From a virus: DNA of 21,977 bases. The notes under the pieces are model-generated. The model did not search any database, had not been told where the DNA came from, and was given only the letters and a program-made list of their open reading frames with translations. Positions 17,447 through 21,977 of the stretch are shown here, piece by piece (the first letter of the stretch is position 1; the number at the start of each line of letters is the position of its first letter). The translations under genes were made by a program, and so were the position numbers. The DNA is taken from positions 83,646 through 105,622 of IMG/VR virus record IMGVR_UViG_3300009703_002430; one strand, given 5' to 3'.

Positions 17447-18232
17447 TCAATCCTCAACGGTGTCAGGTGTCAAAAAGGGCTGGTCTACCAACCCGTCCTC
17501 GTATTTATGAAAGGCACGAAGCCTATTCTTCTCTTGTTCCATAGCCAATCGCATTTTTTCCATTTCATTACCGTATTGTTCGGTAAGATGCGGGTTTTGC
17601 ATCAAATGTGCAACCCATCCAGTAAAAGTCTGCTTTGAATCCTCTAGACGCTTAATTCTCTGCTCTCTCGTACCCTTCATTTCCTTGAGCATGGCCGACT
17701 TCTTTGTTTGCAAGTCGCGATAGTCTCTATTGAGTGATTCCTGTGCGGCGCGCAGAGAGGCGATTTGACGCTCTAGGTTTATAATGTAGTCTCTATCCTG
17801 CTGATCGGGATCTGTGGCCTTCTCCGTGGCTACCAGCCCCTCAAACGCCGTAATCTGATCTATGTTTTCTTTATTTGACTTCAGGCACCTGTTCATTAAC
17901 AATTCGAGTTTAATCACATCGACAACCTGCAACTCTTCTGTTGGAAATACATCATCCTTAAACTGACTAATGATTCTGCCCCAGTGATACTTAAAGAGGG
18001 TCAACTCATCTGCTGTAAACTGCTGTTCCAGCTCGATCCAGTATGGACGCTCTTCTAACTCGTATGCGGCCTGCTCTAACGTAGAAAGCCCTTTCTTTAA
18101 TTTCTTTTTAATAAAAGTTTGTATGCTGTTAGGATCACGATCCAGATTTGCTGCAATGTCTTCTACTGGCATTGAATCAGCGTTCTGTGTAATATAGCGG
18201 GCCTCAGCGTTAGATAGTCTACCCTTCTTCAT
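17447..18232 (-). CDS. HTH plus coiled-coil protein; terminase small subunit candidate
   Basis: 261 aa. N-terminal HTH-like segment (GRLSNAEARYI..VEDIAANLDRDPNSIQTFI) followed by long heptad coils, in the operon upstream of terL. The function is inferred. Confidence 0.5.
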   Translation of the reverse strand: MKKGRLSNAEARYITQNADSMPVEDIAANLDRDPNSIQTFIKKKLKKGLSTLEQAAYELEERPYWIELEQQFTADELTLFKYHWGRIISQFKDDVFPTEELQVVDVIKLELLMNRCLKSNKENIDQITAFEGLVATEKATDPDQQDRDYIINLERQIASLRAAQESLNRDYRDLQTKKSAMLKEMKGTREQRIKRLEDSKQTFTGWVAHLMQNPHLTEQYGNEMEKMRLAMEQEKNRLRAFHKYEDGLVDQPFLTPDTVED

Positions 18233-18722
18233 GTCCGTGTTCCTCTAATATATGTTCTATAATAAATAGGACTTCTTCTTTACGTTTTTTAGGTACATAT
18301 ACGTCATTGACTATTTTAAGATAATCTGATCTGTACTCAGCGGGTAATTTAATGTCTAATACCTTTGTTATCTCTTTGTAGTCTACGGACTCTACATATT
18401 CTTCTCTCTCGTCATCTAGTATATATTCTTCATTAGCGAGTTGTCCGGGTTTCATAACCTTGGCTTTTTGTTCTTCATTACTAGTAAAGTGGTTATCTCG
18501 TACAAAGTTCTTGAGGCGATTAGATAAATGGACAGATAGGAAGTTTTCTAGTGGTCTTTTTTCATCGTAACGAGGAAGTGCTTCCATGCAGATGATGAAT
18601 GCCTCTTGTTTCATGTCATTCATGTCGTATCCGTAGAATGTGTACTTGGGGGCGATTCTGTTAACGACAATCTCTATCTGGTCAATAACATTCTGCGGTG
18701 TCATGTTAGAAGGTATATGCAT
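18219..18722 (-). CDS. Short sigma-70-family-like factor (region 2; degenerate region 4)
   Basis: 167 aa. IVVNRIAPKY..YDMNDMKQEAFIICMEALPRYDEKRPLENFLSVHLSNRLKNFVRD matches the region 2 pattern. The C-terminal LPAEYR resembles the start of region 4 but has no clear HTH after it. Confidence 0.7.
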   Translation of the reverse strand: MHIPSNMTPQNVIDQIEIVVNRIAPKYTFYGYDMNDMKQEAFIICMEALPRYDEKRPLENFLSVHLSNRLKNFVRDNHFTSNEEQKAKVMKPGQLANEEYILDDEREEYVESVDYKEITKVLDIKLPAEYRSDYLKIVNDVYVPKKRKEEVLFIIEHILEEHGHEEG

Positions 18723-18723
18723 A

Positions 18724-19527
18724 TTAGTCTTCCTCGGCTATCCTTATCCATTTGTCTCCATTAAAAAATTCTAAACACTTTTTATCTGTGTTGTAGATAA
18801 TCATACCCTGTTGTGCGGGAGGTTTTTCCTTGTCGTTGTAGTTGTCTGGTGCGAGACGTACTACTGGCGTAGATATAACAGCGTTTTTGCGTGTTAAGTT
18901 AATACGGCGAGTTTTTATGTCGTGCTGCTTCTGACTTTCGTTAAAAGACTCAATAATGGCGTCTTTCATCATCTCTTTGAACTCTTCTTTGTCAATAGAC
19001 TGAATAATGTCGTCTTTTCTTCCCAAAAGAGCATTTTCTTCGATTTCTACCGGCGAGATTGTATATGAGTCACTTGATGCTAGGATAGTATTGGGGGCGG
19101 CGTAGAATTCTAGCGTAGTGTTCGGTTGAATAGAGGTAATTCTGAAAATACCACCGTCTTCAGGGTCAAATTTCTGAGGTGGTTGGTCAGGAAGCGTTCT
19201 TCTGACCTGTCTTGTGATTCCTACCCCTTCTGTCATGGAAATTTGTCTGTGTAAGAGGTGTTGGTCTCCATTTATCTCAAAAAGTCCTACTCCAGTCTCA
19301 AAATTGAGCACTCGATCTCCATCAAGCTCTTCAATTAGGTAAAAACACCGATATCCATCGCCAATCACGTCTACGAACCGAGTTCCTTCCCGTTCCCAGC
19401 GTCTTGTCTTCGATAATTCCGGTAAGCAACCGAAACCTTCGAGTATCATGGTGGTGTCTCGTCCAGAACGGGCTCTGCCGCACTCCTGAGCACCTTTATG
19501 GTATTTATTCTTGTTCTTCATCTGCAT
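18724..19527 (-). CDS. Hypothetical protein, possibly virion-associated
   Basis: 267 aa (start 19527 or 19521). The C-terminal PAQQGMIIYNTDKKCLEFFNGDKW motif is of a type common in fibre/virion proteins. Confidence 0.6.
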   Translation of the reverse strand: MQMKNKNKYHKGAQECGRARSGRDTTMILEGFGCLPELSKTRRWEREGTRFVDVIGDGYRCFYLIEELDGDRVLNFETGVGLFEINGDQHLLHRQISMTEGVGITRQVRRTLPDQPPQKFDPEDGGIFRITSIQPNTTLEFYAAPNTILASSDSYTISPVEIEENALLGRKDDIIQSIDKEEFKEMMKDAIIESFNESQKQHDIKTRRINLTRKNAVISTPVVRLAPDNYNDKEKPPAQQGMIIYNTDKKCLEFFNGDKWIRIAEED

Positions 19528-19657
19528 CTTTCTGATCTAGCAGTTCAGCCAGAGATTTATCCTCTGTTTCGAGTTCTTCTGCAACTTCTTGCTCAAGAGC
19601 AGCTGTTGCCTTGCATGTTAGTTCAGCATCGACGCATTTGTGGGTTTTTTTATTCAT
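19505..19657 (-). CDS. Small acidic protein (50 aa), first gene of the late arm
   Basis: MNKKTHKCVDAELTCKATAALEQEVAEELETEDKSLAELLDQKDADEEQE. Lies downstream of the GTGTAT motif and overlaps the next start; below the ORF-track cut-off. Confidence 0.65.
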   Translation of the reverse strand: MNKKTHKCVDAELTCKATAALEQEVAEELETEDKSLAELLDQKDADEEQE

Positions 19658-19695
19658 ATCATTAATCCAATTGTTTGTTTGAGTAATCTAACTGT

Positions 19696-19707
19696 CTAAT
19701 TATACAC
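19696..19707 (-). promoter_or_regulatory. Putative late promoter motif GTGTATAATTAG
   Basis: GTGTAT at 19707-19702 (minus) at the head of the whole late arm. Confidence 0.6.
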
Positions 19708-19830
19708 TTCTGGACGCTAAAAAACACAACAAAGTCGCTAATCGAAACTATTTGGGGCGTAAGGGGAGAGGATTGGGTAATACATTGCTTTGGTGTGAGT
19801 CGGATTGCGTATGAACCCCGTCGGCATTAT

Positions 19831-19845
19831 TGAGACACAGTCTCA
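19831..19845. repeat. Inverted repeat TGAGAC-ACA-GTCTCA
   Basis: Perfect 6-3-6 dyad in the divergent intergenic region. Confidence 0.6.
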
Positions 19846-19918
19846 TTAAGCAACTCGAAGATAAAACTACCCCTTACAAAATAAATAGCATTATTCTGAG
19901 AAAATACTCAAGTACCTA

Positions 19919-19947
19919 TTGACAAATGACGATATATAGTATATACT
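19919..19947 (+). promoter_or_regulatory. Early sigma-70 promoter P1
   Basis: TTGACA-17 nt-TATACT; the spacer contains GACGATA. Confidence 0.85.
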
Positions 19948-19977
19948 TAGTATATAACAATTAAGAAAGGTTACAAC

Positions 19978-20082
19978 ATGTTTGACAAGATCATTGACAC
20001 AATCGGCAAGACTTCATTGGTAATAATTATTACATACGCTGTTTACTTTTATATATCAGAATTAATTAATATTATTTCTTAA
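19978..20082 (+). CDS. Small hydrophobic peptide (34 aa)
   Basis: MFDKIIDTIGKTSLVIIITYAVYFYISELINIIS with RBS GAAAGG, directly after P1. Confidence 0.65.
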   Translation: MFDKIIDTIGKTSLVIIITYAVYFYISELINIIS

Positions 20083-20099
20083 AAAAGTTCTAAAGTCTA

Positions 20100-20127
20100 T
20101 TGACATTTATAGCCGATAAGTTATAAT
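20100..20127 (+). promoter_or_regulatory. Early sigma-70 promoter P2
   Basis: TTGACA-16 nt-TATAAT; the spacer contains GCCGATA. Confidence 0.8.
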
Positions 20128-20165
20128 AGAGACATAACAAACAACGTTCTTGAAAGGAACACAAC

Positions 20166-20336
20166 ATGACACGCAACGAAGCTAAACTAGAACTGTTCAA
20201 ACTAAACCGCAACATTGAGAAGATGGTTGTTGCACACGCTAACGAACTTGGACAGTTCAATAAGAACTGTTTGATGAATGACCTACAACGTATGTGGGAT
20301 AGAAAGAAAACATTAATCAATACTATCAATGGTTAA
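20166..20336 (+). CDS. Small helical early protein (56 aa), paralogue of 20912-21100
   Basis: MTRNEAKLELFKLNRNIEKMVVAHANELGQFNKNCLMNDLQRMWDRKKTLINTING with RBS GAAAGGA. Confidence 0.85.
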   Translation: MTRNEAKLELFKLNRNIEKMVVAHANELGQFNKNCLMNDLQRMWDRKKTLINTING

Positions 20337-20340
20337 GATA

Positions 20341-20427
20341 ATGATTACAGAAATTATACTATGTACAATAGTCACACTACCATTAGTGTTTACCATATAC
20401 GATAACAACATAAGGAAATCAATATGA
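20341..20427 (+). CDS. Small hydrophobic peptide (28 aa), paralogue of 21729-21812
   Basis: MITEIILCTIVTLPLVFTIYDNNIRKSI. ATGA overlap with the next gene; the RBS is weak, but the paralogy supports it. Confidence 0.6.
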   Translation: MITEIILCTIVTLPLVFTIYDNNIRKSI

Positions 20428-20678
20428 TTAATCTAGGTACAGCTAACGGTTGGAAGACACTACCAACACAGTACACTAAGCACCTTGCTGAGTGTGGTAC
20501 TGAGCATGAGGTAACCATGTGTTACATGGAGTACCCTACTGAGGGTGGCGCAATCAGACGCCAACGCCAAGAGATACAACGGCGTTATGATATGACTGTT
20601 ACCAATAAGGGTAACTGTTACAACAATCACACATGTAATGAGTGTGGTATATCTTATGATGTTGATAGCAGTGGATAG
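20424..20678 (+). CDS. Small Cys/His-containing early protein (84 aa), possible zinc ribbon
   Basis: RBS TAAGGA; contains C..H and GNCY..TCNECG.SYDVDSSG. Confidence 0.8.
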   Translation: MINLGTANGWKTLPTQYTKHLAECGTEHEVTMCYMEYPTEGGAIRRQRQEIQRRYDMTVTNKGNCYNNHTCNECGISYDVDSSG

Positions 20679-20681
20679 TAC

Positions 20682-20795
20682 TACCCTAACCAATCCCCTA
20701 GTAGCTGCCTATACAGGGTACACAGTGAAAGGGTATTAGCCCAACCAATCCCCTAGTGCCCCCCTGTAGAAGGGTGCGCAAAATCGGGGCGGGCT
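20682..20795 (+). repeat. Intergenic structured repeat, two copies of the CCAATCCCCTAG core
   Basis: Cores at 20690-20701 and 20745-20756. The second is followed by the hairpin CCCT-GTAGA-AGGG and AAAATCGGGGC (20780-20790). Confidence 0.8.
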
Positions 20796-20840
20796 CGAAA
20801 AAAAAACCTTATAAAATATAATAAATAGTTAAGATTACTA

Positions 20841-20869
20841 TTGACAAATGCCGATACTTAGTATATACT
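20841..20869 (+). promoter_or_regulatory. Early sigma-70 promoter P3
   Basis: TTGACA-AATGCCGATACTTAGTA-TATACT (17-nt spacer). Confidence 0.85.
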
Positions 20870-20911
20870 ACTAGTATAACAATTAAACAAAGTTCTTGAA
20901 AGGAACACAAA

Positions 20912-21100
20912 ATGAACGTTACTAAAATCACAAGCAAGAGCCAAGCTAAACTAGAACTCTTCAAGATTGATCGTCGGATCGAAAAGAAGATTGAACAACA
21001 CGTTAATGAGTTGGGTAAACACAACACTGATATCGTTGAGCTTGAATTAGAAAAGCTTTGGGCTAAGAAAAGTATTTTAGTTTCTTACATAAATAGTTAA
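20912..21100 (+). CDS. Small helical early protein (62 aa), paralogue of 20166-20336
   Basis: Shares AKLELFK..R.IEK...H.NELG..N..W..K..L..IN and the leader GTTCTTGAAAGGAACACAA with the paralogue. Confidence 0.85.
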   Translation: MNVTKITSKSQAKLELFKIDRRIEKKIEQHVNELGKHNTDIVELELEKLWAKKSILVSYINS

Positions 21101-21109
21101 AGATACCCC

Positions 21110-21138
21110 TTGACAAATGCCGATATATATAATATAAT
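21110..21138 (+). promoter_or_regulatory. Early sigma-70 promoter P4
   Basis: TTGACA-AATGCCGATATATATAA-TATAAT (17-nt spacer). Confidence 0.9.
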
Positions 21139-21158
21139 AAGGGCATAAGGAAAACAAT

Positions 21159-21350
21159 ATGAGCTATACAGCATACAAACAATTACGCAAGAAACACACA
21201 CGCACTGGCCTACGTTACATGGTGAAGTGTTACAGGACTAACAAGTACGCTATCTGTACTTGGATAGGATCTACTAACTCAGCCATTGGTGGCATTGAGT
21301 GTCAAGGTAAACTAGACTACGTTATTAAGCAATGGAATAAAATCGTATGA
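21159..21350 (+). CDS. Small basic hypothetical early protein (63 aa)
   Basis: RBS TAAGGA after P4; ATGA overlap with the next gene. Confidence 0.8.
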   Translation: MSYTAYKQLRKKHTRTGLRYMVKCYRTNKYAICTWIGSTNSAIGGIECQGKLDYVIKQWNKIV

Positions 21351-21532
21351 ATGACTTTGAACTAATGAAATCAGAATCGGATGTAGATACTGGCCGATTG
21401 GTTGAACTGATAAGGTATAAAGGGGATGACGGCCTAATGCCTAAGTATATGGTAAAGCTGAATGGTGTCCTTGTGTTTCACAGTGAAGCATATCCGTATG
21501 CTGATTTCGAGTACAAGATGGAATGCGTGTAG
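21347..21532 (+). CDS. Small hypothetical early protein (61 aa)
   Basis: Translationally coupled to the previous ORF by ATGA; ends just before a repeat copy. Confidence 0.75.
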   Translation: MNDFELMKSESDVDTGRLVELIRYKGDDGLMPKYMVKLNGVLVFHSEAYPYADFEYKMECV

Positions 21533-21534
21533 TC

Positions 21535-21628
21535 TTACCCTATCCAATCCCCTAGCGCCCCTCTAGCAGGGGGGAAGCAGAAAATCGGGGCCGCCGCGAT
21601 TTTAACCTACCCCCAACCGGCGGGGGTA
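21535..21628 (+). repeat. Third copy of the CCAATCCCCTAG structured repeat plus a downstream hairpin
   Basis: Core at 21544-21555, hairpin CCCCTCT-AGC-AGGGGGG, AAAATCGGGGC at 21581-21591, and perfect hairpin TACCCCC-AACCGGC-GGGGGTA at 21608-21628. Confidence 0.8.
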
Positions 21629-21669
21629 AAAATAAATGGTCTTTTTCTGAGAAAATGCTCAAGTATCTG

Positions 21670-21698
21670 TTGACGTGTGCCGATAATTATAATATACT
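21670..21698 (+). promoter_or_regulatory. Early sigma-70 promoter P5
   Basis: TTGACG-TGTGCCGATAATTATAA-TATACT. The upstream TTCTGAGAAAAT(G/A)CTCAAGTA is shared with P1. Confidence 0.85.
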
Positions 21699-21728
21699 TA
21701 AGGTATAAGAATTAATGAAAGGTTTAAT

Positions 21729-21812
21729 ATGTTTACTGAAATACTGCTTTGCTCAATCGCAACGTTCCCCGTCCTTATTACTCTTTGGGAAAATAACTTG
21801 AAAAAAAGTTAA
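21729..21812 (+). CDS. Small hydrophobic peptide (27 aa), paralogue of 20341-20427
   Basis: MFTEILLCSIATFPVLITLWENNLKKS with RBS GAAAGG after P5. Confidence 0.7.
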   Translation: MFTEILLCSIATFPVLITLWENNLKKS

Positions 21813-21820
21813 GATTACCC

Positions 21821-21849
21821 TTGACAAATGCCGATAAGTATGGTATAAT
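21821..21849 (+). promoter_or_regulatory. Early sigma-70 promoter P6
   Basis: TTGACA-AATGCCGATAAGTATGG-TATAAT; 17-nt spacer with an extended -10 TG. Confidence 0.9.
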
Positions 21850-21874
21850 AGAAGCATAACGAAAAGGAAATAAA

Positions 21875-21977
21875 ATGCCAACTAACAAACAAATCAAATC
21901 TGACCTGTGGGACGTTTACTATAAGCTGGAAGAAGCTGGCGCGTCGAAGGTTGTTAAGTATGCCATCATCGACATCA
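21875..21977 (+). CDS. Hypothetical early protein, 3' partial
   Basis: RBS AAAGGA; MPTNKQIKSDLWDVYYKLEEAGASKVVKYAIIDI..., open at the window end. Confidence 0.75.
   Translation, partial: MPTNKQIKSDLWDVYYKLEEAGASKVVKYAIIDI

Noticed and set aside
16624-17457. Group I intron or intein housing the endonuclease
   Set aside because: The flanking genes look complete and abut the ORF, leaving no room for intron RNA. No intein motifs were noticed in terL or gmd, and the gmd insert is too short.
19982-19999. Two extra TTGACA hexamers (19982 and 19994)
   Set aside because: They lie inside the 34-aa ORF and lack the GCCGATA box. The first has no -10 and the second only an imperfect one, so neither was called.
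20090-21027. Minus-strand ORFs 20090-20329, 20460-20693 and 20809-21027
   Set aside because: They are antisense to plus-strand genes that have promoters, RBSs and paralogy, and two of them run through promoter sequences.
20682-21628. CRISPR or mini-array interpretation of the CCAATCCCCTAG repeats
   Set aside because: The exact core is only 12 bp, spacing is irregular (55 bp, then ~800 bp containing genes), and there are no cas genes in the window.
21608-21628. Hairpin TACCCCC/GGGGGTA as an intrinsic terminator
   Set aside because: It is followed by an A-run rather than a U-tract on the plus strand and has no U-tract on the minus strand; kept only as part of the structured repeat.
1-21977. 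Genome-wide TAG reassignment (genetic code 15) as the explanation for the in-frame TAG at 4490
   Set aside because: Long genes (terL, portal, the >1490-codon ORF) contain no internal TAG, and TAG ends the portal, the sigma-like gene and two early ORFs at sensible positions.
1-21977. tRNA, rRNA, integrase, transposase or reverse transcriptase (DGR) genes
   Set aside because: None recognised; intergenic space is small and accounted for by the elements described.

Overview
Segment of a large, uncharacterised tailed dsDNA phage (Caudoviricetes); the host cannot be determined from the sequence. Positions 1-19.7 kb are a minus-strand late (morphogenesis) arm. In transcription order it holds: small acidic ORF, hypothetical, truncated sigma-70-like factor, HTH/coiled-coil protein (TerS candidate), free-standing HNH-type endonuclease, GDP-mannose 4,6-dehydratase (gmd), hypothetical, small HNH, ERCC4 nuclease, ClpP-like protease, terminase large subunit, portal, prohead protease with a nested scaffold, decoration protein, major capsid protein, a virion protein and two fibre-like genes. 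The second fibre-like gene (>1490 codons, running off the window and missing from the ORF track) is in frame with the first, behind a single TAG that falls inside an apparent domain. The motif GTGTAT(A/T) occurs in the four largest intergenic gaps of the late arm and is a candidate promoter for the phage sigma factor. From 19.9 kb a divergent plus-strand early arm carries six near-consensus sigma-70 promoters sharing a G(C/A)CGATA spacer box, tiny partly paralogous ORFs and a repeated structured C-rich element (CCAATCCCCTAG), arranged as modular cassettes. All family assignments come from motif recognition and gene order; no database search was run.
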